Source: Candidatus Jordarchaeia archaeon (GTDB lineage: Archaea; Asgardarchaeota; Jordiarchaeia; Jordiarchaeales; Jordiarchaeaceae). From it: DNA of 29,549 bases. The stretch spans positions 1-29,549 of the forward strand of contig JAHQXB010000112.1 of NCBI GenBank assembly GCA_029856435.1. Direction: 5' to 3'. The notes under the pieces are model-generated. The model was not told the DNA's origin and made no database searches. It saw only the letters and a list, made by a program, of their open reading frames with translations. How positions within the stretch are numbered: position 1 is the first letter of the stretch; each line of letters starts with the position of its first letter. The position numbers and the translations under genes are program-made. Shown here one piece after another: positions 9,320 to 17,993 of this stretch.

Positions 9320-11740
9320 TTAGGCGAAAAATTTTTTCATTAATTTTCTTCTCAGATGATATTTTAACTGAGTAAACTTTGTGGCTTCACTTAGAAGCTC
9401 CACTCCCTCTATTTTAATTATTATTTTGTCCAAGGCGTCAATTTTTATTTCATTTTCCTTCCCGTGAATAAAGTCGACAAGAAGTGTTTTGTTTTCTTCG
9501 CACCATGTTGAGGGTACTGAGACACTTTTTGGCTTTTTTGGCAGTGTTAAGGAAATACGTCCTGGGCTGTTCCTGTAGCCCCAACACTCTATTTCGATGT
9601 TAGATTCGTTTTCCCTATACTTGGAAATCTCTGAAGTGATGTAGTTAATTTTTGAATTTCCTAACTTTAGCTCCAAAGTCCATATTATGGCGCTTCTTCT
9701 TGGAACAAGGTAGTCCTTTACTGATACCTTTTGGTTTAAGTCTTGGGGTGAGCTGAATGTTATGTCGCACTTCTTATCTCTCCAACCTAAATTACACACA
9801 AGCAAGTAACCCGCATTACTCCCAGCTCTCTCACATAGCAAAACTTTATCTGAAGAAAAACAGTACCTTGCGGTTAAACCCACTTTTTCCAGCACAGAAG
9901 GTAAACTTTCAGCGTCTGGCAGAAACCCAAGTTGCACCACCGAGCCTTTTCCATAATTAATTCGGAAACCACAAATTTTCCCATCAAAGAGGAATAAGGG
10001 TTCCACATTTTCAACATCAAAGGTTACAATAATTGGAGACTTGAACTTTAATCCACCACACTGGACACAACTCTGCTTGTATATTTCTTGTTTTTTGACT
10101 CTGAGAATGTTCTTCATTAGTTCTAAATTTTCAAAGTTCTCATCTAGTTCGGGAACACACGGAAAGATAACCAGAAATCCGCCCCTCTTTACATATTCCT
10201 CCAGTTTCTCAACTATACTTCTCTCCATAAAATCAAAGCTAAAAACGAGGAGAACACTGTTCTGTACAAGTCTCTGAATAGGAAGCTGTCTGAGGTCTAT
10301 CAACTCAAAGTTAAATCCCGCTTCCAAAATTGTACTCATAAATTTATCCATTAATGTACTCAGCGCTCTGTATTCTGGGAAGACGCCGCTTCTTACGCTT
10401 ACAAGTCTTGCATAGGTGTAAGGGTGATAGTAACCTAAACTTAGCTCCGCCAGTTTACTAGTTGCTTTTCTAGAAGAATCCGCAAACTCCGCAAATCTTT
10501 TAATAACAGGATATTTGCCGGTTTCCTCCCCATTCTCATCCAAAGGTGCGTCGTGGTAGTAGATTCTACCCGTAGTTCCATAATTCTGGGGGTTAACTCC
10601 CCCTGAAAACATGTAGAAGTTAAAACCCTTTAACCCGTGAATATATGCTATGCGCTCCAAAAAGTGCACCATATTGTCTGGAACACTTGAATCAAACCAT
10701 CCCGCCTGCAATTCTAGGCTCAAAGGTGCACAGTTTACCTGCTCCGCCTTCAAACGTTCAACGTTTTTAACAATCTCGGTAAATGACTCCAAATCAGGTA
10801 TCAGCTGAGGATACAAATCAATGGTGTCATATACCACTTTACTTTTCTTAGATATGCTTGCGGGTGGCAGAATGGTGTAAGGCTCATTAGTATATAATGG
10901 GACATTAACTCCTTTACTCCTAAGAACACCCGCAATCTCACCGAGGAAACTGGCAACCATATCCTCCTTGAATTCCACCCAATCAAAAATCCATGGTAAA
11001 ATATGCTTATCTTTAACCATTTTTCTTGGAGGTTCAACCACCAAAAAGGAATCAAAATCTGAACGGTACCTCCTATTCAACTCTTCAATTGACTCGTATT
11101 TTTCCCTAAGCCACCTCTGATAAAGACCTTCCCCATTTTTCCCTCCAATTACAATATTGTTGTAGTCCGTGTCGAAAGGCTGGAAATGGAACCCATAAGA
11201 AGCCTCATTATCAATCTGAACAAGAACTACGCTCCCCCCCTCAGTGTACTGGTGCCTTGCAAGAAGGAGACCCACATTCTCAATCCATTCCTTAGCTTTA
11301 TTCAAGTAGATGGGGTGAAGATATGTTACTACAGGAGCCTTTTTAGAAAACCAGAACGTAGGTTTTCCACTAGAATTACGCGCCAAAATTTCGGGATGTC
11401 TTCCAATCACCCACTCCGGTATACCTCCCCACTTCCACTCCGCGCAAATATAAGGTCCAGGCTTCGCTAACACTCCCAATTCTTCCTCACGAGCATATTC
11501 CAGAAATGTTTCAAGATCACGCTCCTCGACTGTTTCGCCTTGAAAATCGAATACACCGGGACACACTTCATGCCAATTCCATGGTATATAAGTGGACACC
11601 GCACCCAGATGGGCCTTTTTCAACTTTGAAAGCCTTTTCCGCCACTCCTCTTTAGGAACACGAAAATAGTGAATTTCTCCACTCAACAAGAATTTTCCTT
11701 CATTCACATCAAACATTTTAGATAGCGAAGATATTTTCAT
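9320..11740 (-). CDS. Beta-galactosidase, GH35 (archaeal GlmA-like architecture)
   Basis: SGEIHYFRVP, TYIPWNWHE, KPGPYICAEW..GGIP, acid/base QIDNE, nucleophile SLELQAGWF, NFYMFSGG.N, YYHDAPLDE; C-terminal trimerisation-type domain. Confidence 0.88.
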   Translation of the reverse strand: MKISSLSKMFDVNEGKFLLSGEIHYFRVPKEEWRKRLSKLKKAHLGAVSTYIPWNWHEVCPGVFDFQGETVEERDLETFLEYAREEELGVLAKPGPYICAEWKWGGIPEWVIGRHPEILARNSSGKPTFWFSKKAPVVTYLHPIYLNKAKEWIENVGLLLARHQYTEGGSVVLVQIDNEASYGFHFQPFDTDYNNIVIGGKNGEGLYQRWLREKYESIEELNRRYRSDFDSFLVVEPPRKMVKDKHILPWIFDWVEFKEDMVASFLGEIAGVLRSKGVNVPLYTNEPYTILPPASISKKSKVVYDTIDLYPQLIPDLESFTEIVKNVERLKAEQVNCAPLSLELQAGWFDSSVPDNMVHFLERIAYIHGLKGFNFYMFSGGVNPQNYGTTGRIYYHDAPLDENGEETGKYPVIKRFAEFADSSRKATSKLAELSLGYYHPYTYARLVSVRSGVFPEYRALSTLMDKFMSTILEAGFNFELIDLRQLPIQRLVQNSVLLVFSFDFMERSIVEKLEEYVKRGGFLVIFPCVPELDENFENLELMKNILRVKKQEIYKQSCVQCGGLKFKSPIIVTFDVENVEPLFLFDGKICGFRINYGKGSVVQLGFLPDAESLPSVLEKVGLTARYCFSSDKVLLCERAGSNAGYLLVCNLGWRDKKCDITFSSPQDLNQKVSVKDYLVPRRSAIIWTLELKLGNSKINYITSEISKYRENESNIEIECWGYRNSPGRISLTLPKKPKSVSVPSTWCEENKTLLVDFIHGKENEIKIDALDKIIIKIEGVELLSEATKFTQLKYHLRRKLMKKFFA

Positions 11741-11778
11741 TAGGACAACCCATAAATTGAAATTGTTGAGTAAATCTA

Positions 11779-11787
11779 TTATATAAA
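11779..11787. promoter_or_regulatory. Probable bidirectional TATA box shared by the GH35 and Lrp/AsnC genes
   Basis: TTATATAAA reads as a TATA box on both strands within the 76-bp gap between the divergent starts 11740 and 11817. Confidence 0.5.
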
Positions 11788-11816
11788 CAATAATATGAAT
11801 TATGGAGAAATGAGCA

Positions 11817-12044
11817 ATGGCAATTATTGCTTATATAATGTTGCTAACCGCAGTGGGCAAGGAGCACGAAATCGCAGAAACCGTTTCCAAATACGACCAT
11901 GTCACCGAAGCTAAAGTCGTTTATGGAAGCTGGGATGTGGTGGTTCGCGCCTCCCTAGACGACTTAGCACAGCTGGACGTACTGGTAACAAAAATAAGAA
12001 AACTAGAAGGCGTTGAACAAACCTCGACACTCGTCTCCTCCTAA
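11817..12044 (+). CDS. Stand-alone Lrp/AsnC ligand-binding (RAM) domain protein
   Basis: AYIMLLTAVGKEHEIAE...VVYGSWDVVVR...IRKLEGVEQTSTLV; 75 aa with no HTH. Confidence 0.88.
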   Translation: MAIIAYIMLLTAVGKEHEIAETVSKYDHVTEAKVVYGSWDVVVRASLDDLAQLDVLVTKIRKLEGVEQTSTLVSS

Positions 12045-12345
12045 ACCACCAACATTTTTTCTACAATACACCCGTATTCTTCGAAAAGCCCCTCTCCAAT
12101 AAGTGTAATGGTAAAAAGCCACAACTCAGAAACAGTCTGATAGACACATTACTCTGCCTCTCCAGGATAACAGGCTTCGTCTCACGGAACACTTCTAAAT
12201 GATAACCCCAAGCGAACATGCTTACAATTTTTTAATCATACAAGATTCAAAATATGGTCACTTTTCACAATCAATATGAGTTTCAAACTGGTTTATGACC
12301 AAAAAAGCTATATCCCCTAATGCTTAATTTAGAGAAAAATGAAAA

Positions 12346-12558
12346 TTGGGTTCGATTCAAATGGGCTACTTACTCTTAGTATTCCTCATCATAGTTGCAT
12401 TCGTCTTTTATGGATTATACATTGGAAAATTTGAACCTCAGAAACCAAAGATACTCCTACCCTTATTATTGGTAGCTTTACTTATCATAGCTGCAGCTAT
12501 TCTGACACAAAGGCCTTGGTGGGCCGAGTTTTTGCAGTATCTGAATACTCTTATATAA
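12346..12558 (+). CDS. Small membrane protein with two predicted TM helices
   Basis: Hydrophobic stretches LLLVFLIIVAFVFYGLYI and ILLPLLLVALLIIAAAILT; TTG start. Confidence 0.6.
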   Translation: MGSIQMGYLLLVFLIIVAFVFYGLYIGKFEPQKPKILLPLLLVALLIIAAAILTQRPWWAEFLQYLNTLI

Positions 12559-12653
12559 TAAAAAGACTCTTTTTACTAAGGCTAAATTTCAATAGCCCCT
12601 CCACATCACCGTCAGAAAGATGCTACAAGCAAAACCTATGCGGAGTGAACTAG

Positions 12654-13559
12654 TTGGCCGAACAAGAAAACCAAACCACTAAAGTAATAGAAGAAAAAAT
12701 TAAACCAATGATAGAGAAAATAGCGCAAAAAAAGAAAGTCAAAGAAAAAATGTCCAACGTAAAACACAAAATCATAATTATGTCCGGAAAGGGTGGAGTG
12801 GGAAAAAGCATGGTAACCGCCAACCTAGCAACAGCCCTAACCTTAAAGGATAAAAAGGTGGGAATCCTAGACTCCGACATACACGGCCCCTCAATACCCA
12901 AAATACTGGGAATAAGGGGAGGAAAACCCAAAGCCACGGAAACAGGCATAAAACCAGTAACCACACCACAGGGAGTAAAAGTCATCTCTATGGATCTTCT
13001 AGTAGCTGAAAGCGAAAAGCCCCTAATATGGCGCGGACCACTAAAAATGAAAGCCATAAGGCAACTCCTATCCGAAGTAGACTGGGGAGAACTAGACTAC
13101 CTCCTCGTGGATTTACCGCCAGGCACCGGAGACGAACCCCTAAATATGATGCAACTCATACCTGAAATGGATGGAGCAATAATAATCACCGCCCCCTCAG
13201 ACCTCTCCCAATACGTGGTTAGAAAAGCAGTCTCAATGGCCCGAAAAATGAACATCCCCATAATAGGGATAATAGAAAACATGAGCGGCTTCATATGCCC
13301 CAAATGTGGAGAAAAATACGAAATTCTAGGCGCCGGAGGAGGCAAAAAAATAAGCCAAGAAATGAACCTAAACCTCCTAGGACAAATCCCCATAGACCCA
13401 AAAATCACAGAAAGCACTGACCGTGAAACTCCCTTCATATTAGAAAACCCCGAATCGCAAACAGCCAAAACATTCAACGAAATCGTACAAAAAATCCAAA
13501 AAATAGTAGAAGACAAAAAAGAAACCAAAAACCAGCCCAAAACAGAATCAGCCAATTAA
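12654..13559 (+). CDS. mrp: Mrp/ApbC/NBP35 Fe-S cluster carrier ATPase
   Basis: MSGKGGVGKS, DSDIHGPSIP, VISMDLL, PLIWRGP, VDLPPGTGDE, GIIENMS..CPKC, LGQIPID; SD GGAGTGA before TTG. Confidence 0.93.
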   Translation: MAEQENQTTKVIEEKIKPMIEKIAQKKKVKEKMSNVKHKIIIMSGKGGVGKSMVTANLATALTLKDKKVGILDSDIHGPSIPKILGIRGGKPKATETGIKPVTTPQGVKVISMDLLVAESEKPLIWRGPLKMKAIRQLLSEVDWGELDYLLVDLPPGTGDEPLNMMQLIPEMDGAIIITAPSDLSQYVVRKAVSMARKMNIPIIGIIENMSGFICPKCGEKYEILGAGGGKKISQEMNLNLLGQIPIDPKITESTDRETPFILENPESQTAKTFNEIVQKIQKIVEDKKETKNQPKTESAN

Positions 13560-14642
13560 CTTCCTATAATTCTCCTCTATCTCCCTCAAAAGCACCTTGC
13601 TCGAAACCTTACCCCCAGTTTTGAGAAAAGCAGCTATTGAAGCCCCACCTGCACCCACACCCTCCTTAACAACCCCCCTCTCATAAGCCTTCAACCCCTC
13701 AATCTCCGATTCTGAAAAATTGAGATTAGCAGCTAGTACCGGGACATCACATATTTGAGAAACTAAACCCCTAATATCCGAACTCTCATCCTGAATTATC
13801 CACCTCGTGGTACCAATAGCCACATTCCCAAGAACCTCAGCCCTCAAAGCCCTAACCACAGACAAAACTGCAGCCATCTGTGTACCACCCGCCATCAAAA
13901 CGGGAACCTTGGAAGCCGCCCCCAAAACAAGCCCCGAAAAAGCAGCAATCATAGGATCACCCACAGAAGCAATAGCCCCAACTGGGTCGCTTTTAAGGTC
14001 ACCGAACTCCACCCCCGCAGCCTTCAACCCCTCCTCAACCACCCTTATCTTAAGACTGTGAGGATTTACAGGCATACTACTACTCACCTTCAACCTGGCA
14101 TCCACTCCCATGGCGAGAAGAACCCCCAGCGCAGTGGTAGTCCCCCCAGGAACACTCTCCCCTACAACAAGATAATCCGCTGCCTTGGAAAAGTTGCTCC
14201 CCACCACCTCCGCCCTTCTAATAACCTCTTCCACGTTCTTAACCGCCCTACCAGTTCTTATATCCTCTCCAGGCTCGCCTCCCAGATCAATGAAGGGCGC
14301 ATAAGGCTTAACTCTCAATCCTCCACTAACCACAAAGACGGGTATATCTGCTAGGGTTAAGGCGGAGCGAGTTATAAGTGCGGGGGTGGGGATTCCATCT
14401 GGTGTGACGGGTACCCCATCTATGCATTTACATTCTCCATAAAATAGTAGTTCAACGTCCGCCGCGGGTGTGTAATCAGTGATTTCTGGATACTTGCCGG
14501 CTGCAGAAATTTCAGGTATTTTGGCAGTCTCAGTATTGCCAATTGTGCAGATGAATAAAGGCTTCTTACTCTCTATTTTGCTCAGAAAGTTTCGCGCCTC
14601 TACTTCACAGTGGGCTATTAAAATATTCATATGCTTTTCCAT
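13548..14642 (-). CDS. cobT: Archaeal nicotinate-mononucleotide-dependent phosphoribosyltransferase (CobT)
   Basis: IGNTETAKIPEISAAG, TPAADVELL, PVTPDGIPTPALITR, VGESVPGGTTTALGVL, VSSSMPVNP, GDPM, MAGGTQMAAV, YERGVVKEGVGAGG. The start given by the ORF track (14732) lies inside the MITE; the real start is probably 14642 or 14630. Confidence 0.9.
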   Translation of the reverse strand: MEKHMNILIAHCEVEARNFLSKIESKKPLFICTIGNTETAKIPEISAAGKYPEITDYTPAADVELLFYGECKCIDGVPVTPDGIPTPALITRSALTLADIPVFVVSGGLRVKPYAPFIDLGGEPGEDIRTGRAVKNVEEVIRRAEVVGSNFSKAADYLVVGESVPGGTTTALGVLLAMGVDARLKVSSSMPVNPHSLKIRVVEEGLKAAGVEFGDLKSDPVGAIASVGDPMIAAFSGLVLGAASKVPVLMAGGTQMAAVLSVVRALRAEVLGNVAIGTTRWIIQDESSDIRGLVSQICDVPVLAANLNFSESEIEGLKAYERGVVKEGVGAGGASIAAFLKTGGKVSSKVLLREIEENYRKLIG

Positions 14643-14681
14643 TTTCAGGACCTTCAAAGTGTTATGGTTTTTTATTATACC

Positions 14682-14820
14682 GGCTTTGGGACAAAATTGG
14701 TTTTGGCTTTTTCTTCTCAGCTTTTTTGTCATTAGGGGGTGTTATAAGCGGCGAAAAACAATACTCTTTCACTACGTCATTTGGGATTACGCATCGGGAA
14801 CATAATTTTGTCCCAAAGCC
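14682..14820. mobile_element. 139-bp MITE with IS903-like (IS5 family) ends
   Basis: Perfect 17-bp terminal inverted repeats GGCTTTGGGACAAAATT (14682-14698) and AATTTTGTCCCAAAGCC (14804-14820), flanked by the 9-bp direct repeat TATTATACC (14673-14681 and 14821-14829); no transposase inside. Confidence 0.88.
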
Positions 14821-14835
14821 TATTATACCGTCACA

Positions 14836-14843
14836 TTTATATA
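14836..14843 (+). promoter_or_regulatory. Putative TATA box of the btuFCD-cob operon
   Basis: TTTATATA about 75 bp upstream of the btuF ATG at 14919 (SD GAGGTGA). Confidence 0.55.
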
Positions 14844-14879
14844 GGTTAAGTTATCCTCTGTAGGATAAATTATCCTACA
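14842..14879. promoter_or_regulatory. Tandem palindromic operator boxes (DtxR/IdeR-like)
   Basis: TAGGTTA-AGT-TATCCTC (14842-14858) and TAGGATA-AAT-TATCCTA (14861-14877). The second is part of the perfect palindrome TGTAGGATAA-A-TTATCCTACA (14859-14879) over the expected TSS. Confidence 0.6.
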
Positions 14880-14918
14880 AAGCTGTTTAAAAACTTTTTG
14901 CCAATGAGAGGTGAAAAC

Positions 14919-16004
14919 ATGGGAACCACTCTGAAAAGCAGAAGAGCCCTAGCAGCGATACTAATAGTAATAGTGGCAGTTTCAGTGACGGGATTATCAA
15001 CATACGCAGTTATAAACAACCAAAAATCCACCCAGCAAAACTACCTACTCGGCTTAGTACTATTCCAATTGGGACAACCCCGAATAGTATCATGTGCGGC
15101 CAACATAGACGAAATACTCTACGGTTTAGGCCTTGAAGAATACATGGTTGGCTGCGTGGACCATGACCCCTACGGAATGGGCTACTCAATGGAGGACTAT
15201 TACCTTCCTAGAATTGTCGAATTAATACTAGCAGGAAAAATAAAAAATGAAATAAACTGGTGGTCTCCAAGTCTTGAATCGATAGTGTCTCTTAATCCCA
15301 CAATAGTTCTTCTAGACTCAGGTGTTCCCGCCCAAGTATCATTGTACTCTTCTCTTGTAAGCCAAGGCATATACTCCTTCTTAGTCCCCCAAGGCACGAG
15401 AATCAGCCAGATAGAAGTGTCCATTCTTCAGATAGGCAGCCTGTTCAAAAGAAGCTCAGTGGCTCAAGCCCTAGTCAATAAAATGGAAACAAAAATAAGC
15501 ACCATACAAGAGAACGTTTCAAGCCAAACGACACTCAATGTGCTCGTATGTGTATGGATAGACTTTGATCAACACCAAATATACACCTGTGGAAATAACA
15601 CGTTCCTTAGTGAAATCGTTCAGAAAGCAGGTGGCCTAAACGTCTTCTACGATAATACTCAATCGTGGCCTGTAGTAACATTTGTTCAAGCAGCGACGAA
15701 AAATCCAGACAAAATAATCATTTTGGATCATTATGCAGACTTGGATCCAACTATGACATACAGTAAAATTAGAAGTGATCCTAATCTAGGCAGCACACCT
15801 GCTGCGCTAAATAATGAAATATACTTTGTTCAGGGGCAGGCAGAAAACTTGTTTTCAAGGCCTGGGCCGAGAGTTGCAGAGGGCGTTGAACTTCTAGCCA
15901 ACATCCTGTTTCCAGCTTTATTCAATGAGACCTTTATTGGTCCTCCATATATATTGGATACGGGAAACTATAAATCGTATTTGGAATCATTTATACTGGA
16001 GTGA
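14919..16004 (+). CDS. btuF: Corrinoid/iron-siderophore ABC transporter substrate-binding protein (BtuF-like)
   Basis: N-terminal TM anchor, PRIVS...EILYGLG, SLESIVSLNPTIVL, CGNNTFLSEIVQKAGGLNVF, NPDKII, FSRPGPRVAEGVELLA; cobamide operon context. Confidence 0.8.
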   Translation: MGTTLKSRRALAAILIVIVAVSVTGLSTYAVINNQKSTQQNYLLGLVLFQLGQPRIVSCAANIDEILYGLGLEEYMVGCVDHDPYGMGYSMEDYYLPRIVELILAGKIKNEINWWSPSLESIVSLNPTIVLLDSGVPAQVSLYSSLVSQGIYSFLVPQGTRISQIEVSILQIGSLFKRSSVAQALVNKMETKISTIQENVSSQTTLNVLVCVWIDFDQHQIYTCGNNTFLSEIVQKAGGLNVFYDNTQSWPVVTFVQAATKNPDKIIILDHYADLDPTMTYSKIRSDPNLGSTPAALNNEIYFVQGQAENLFSRPGPRVAEGVELLANILFPALFNETFIGPPYILDTGNYKSYLESFILE

Positions 16005-17122
16005 GGTGCAGTGGTTTGGTTAAAACTTCCCCTTCCCTTTTTTTTGGCGTTGAAAGTTTAGTTAGGCGTAAAATTTTTCTGCTTACTGTCTCAGTTGTTG
16101 TGGGGTTGGCGATACTGGCAGTACTGATACTTGCTTCTCTTATTTTTGGAGCGGAGGAGACTACCTTAGGCGATGTTTTTGCGTCTCTTTACAGGATTTG
16201 GATTTTCGGAGGGCCCCTCCAAAATTATCGCTTTATGTTGCCTAGCTATATTGATTGGAGTTTGGATGCCATACTTTATTATTCGAGGATTCCTAGGACT
16301 TTCACTGCTATTCTTATAGGTGCGGGTCTTGCCGTTTCTGGAACCATTATGCAGGCTCTCGTTAGAAATCCCCTTGTGGATCCATATATTAGTGGTGTGT
16401 CATCTGGGGCGGCTTTTGGAGCGGTGCTTATTTTGCTTACTTCTATTTTCACGGGGTTTTTTGAAACTGTTTCTCTTCCCCTGGCAGCGTTTTTGGGTGG
16501 GCTTGGGGCTTTTGGAATAACGTTTATTATTTATAGGAGTGCGGGTGAGACTCCTACAAGTTTTGTTTTGGGGGGAGTGATTGTGGGTATAGCTTTTTCT
16601 TCTTTAACAACATTTTTCGTTGTTACTTCTACGAAGGAGATTCATGGTGCTCTTTTCTGGCTCTTTGGAAGTATAGCGTATGTTACTTGGGATGTTGTGT
16701 GGGTTCTTCTTCCCGTGGTGGTAGTAATTGTTTTGGTCTCTTTATTCTTTGCTAGAGAGTTTAATGTTCTTTTGTTGGGCGACGAGCAGGCAGCTCAGTT
16801 AGGGTTGAGGGTCAAGTGGTTTAAAAGGATTATGTTGATGGTTGCTGCGCTTCTTGCTAGTTTTTGTGTTGCCTATACGGGAATTATAGGGTTTGTGGGG
16901 TTGGTGGTTCCTCACATGATTCGTTTAGCTCTGGGCAGTGATCATAGGCTTCTGCTTCCCTTATCAACGATTTTTGGTGCAAATCTTCTGCTCGTTGCGG
17001 ATATCGTGGCTAGGGTTGTTATGAGGCCTGCAGAGCTTCCCATAGGGATAATAACTTCATTTATTGGTGTGCCCTTCTTCGCCTATCTGCTTATTAGGAG
17101 GGGTAAAAGATATGCCGTTTAG
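16001..17122 (+). CDS. btuC: FecCD/BtuC-family ABC permease
   Basis: SRIPR, GAGLAVSG..MQAL.RNPLVDPYISGVSSGA, FWLFGS, LLLGDEQAAQLG, GIIGFVGLVVPH, ELPIGIITSFIGVPFF. Confidence 0.88.
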   Translation: MRCSGLVKTSPSLFFGVESLVRRKIFLLTVSVVVGLAILAVLILASLIFGAEETTLGDVFASLYRIWIFGGPLQNYRFMLPSYIDWSLDAILYYSRIPRTFTAILIGAGLAVSGTIMQALVRNPLVDPYISGVSSGAAFGAVLILLTSIFTGFFETVSLPLAAFLGGLGAFGITFIIYRSAGETPTSFVLGGVIVGIAFSSLTTFFVVTSTKEIHGALFWLFGSIAYVTWDVVWVLLPVVVVIVLVSLFFAREFNVLLLGDEQAAQLGLRVKWFKRIMLMVAALLASFCVAYTGIIGFVGLVVPHMIRLALGSDHRLLLPLSTIFGANLLLVADIVARVVMRPAELPIGIITSFIGVPFFAYLLIRRGKRYAV

Positions 17123-17993
17123 CAATGATCCAATTGTTAAGGTTAAAGATTTAGTGTATAGTTATGATTCTGTTAGGGCTCTTGATGGGTTGACTTTTGA
17201 GATTTATAGGGGGGAGTTTGTTGGTCTTGTTGGTCCTAATGGTTCTGGGAAAACCACTCTTCTTAAATGTTTGAGTAAGTTGTATACTCCCCAAGAGGGT
17301 AGTATAGAGTTGGATGGGCGTGATTTGAGAAAGTTGTCCCAATTGGAGGGTGCCAGAATCTACGCTGTGGTGCCTTCAGAATTTTCCATGGATATGAACA
17401 TCTCAATTACGGACACTGTACTTTTGGGTAGATATCCTTATCTTGAGGGTTTATGGTGGGAGAGGAAGCGAGACGAGGAAATTGCTTTGGAAGCTATGGA
17501 AAAATTGAATGTTTTAAATTTTGGTAATAGAAAACTTGGGGAATTAAGCAGTGGGGAAAAGCAGAGGGTTCTAATAGCTAAGGCTCTGGCCCAGGAGGCG
17601 AAGGTGCTTCTGATAGATGAACCCGTGGCTCACTTGGATTTAGGATACCAAATGGAAATTATGGAAATGTTGAAGAGTTTAGCTAGGGATGGTGTTACAA
17701 TTATTGTCGCGATGCATGAACTCAACCTGGCAGTCAAGTATTGCGACAAACTTATAGTGCTTGACAAGGGCAGGATTGTGGCTTGCGGCAAACCCAAAGA
17801 CATAGTTACACAAAAGCTTATCGAGGATGTCTATGGAGTAAAGGCAATAATCCAGGACATTCCAGAAGTAGGAATGGTAATAATTCCTCTATCGAGTTCC
17901 AATAATGGTGGTGTGTTTGATAAGAAAAATGGTAAGAAGGGAGCTACTGCACTTGGTAAGACCCCAGCACGGCGGAGAGGTGTGGGAGCATAG
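17112..17993 (+). CDS. btuD: FepC/BtuD-family ABC ATPase
   Basis: GPNGSGKTTLL, LGRYPY, LSSGEKQRVLIAKALAQ, LIDEPVAHLDLGYQ, MHELNLA; start at Met 17112. Confidence 0.88.
   Translation: MPFSNDPIVKVKDLVYSYDSVRALDGLTFEIYRGEFVGLVGPNGSGKTTLLKCLSKLYTPQEGSIELDGRDLRKLSQLEGARIYAVVPSEFSMDMNISITDTVLLGRYPYLEGLWWERKRDEEIALEAMEKLNVLNFGNRKLGELSSGEKQRVLIAKALAQEAKVLLIDEPVAHLDLGYQMEIMEMLKSLARDGVTIIVAMHELNLAVKYCDKLIVLDKGRIVACGKPKDIVTQKLIEDVYGVKAIIQDIPEVGMVIIPLSSSNNGGVFDKKNGKKGATALGKTPARRRGVGA

Noticed and set aside
12045-12300. Short interrupted minus-strand frames after the Lrp gene
   Set aside because: Multiple stops and no recognisable family motif
14643-14732. N-terminal extension of the cobT ORF
   Set aside because: Created by reading through the MITE and promoter; homology-like sequence begins at Met 14642 or 14630
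14640-14918. Cobalamin riboswitch upstream of btuF
   Set aside because: No B12-box or GGGAA/GCCACTG core; the space is accounted for by the MITE, TATA box and operator
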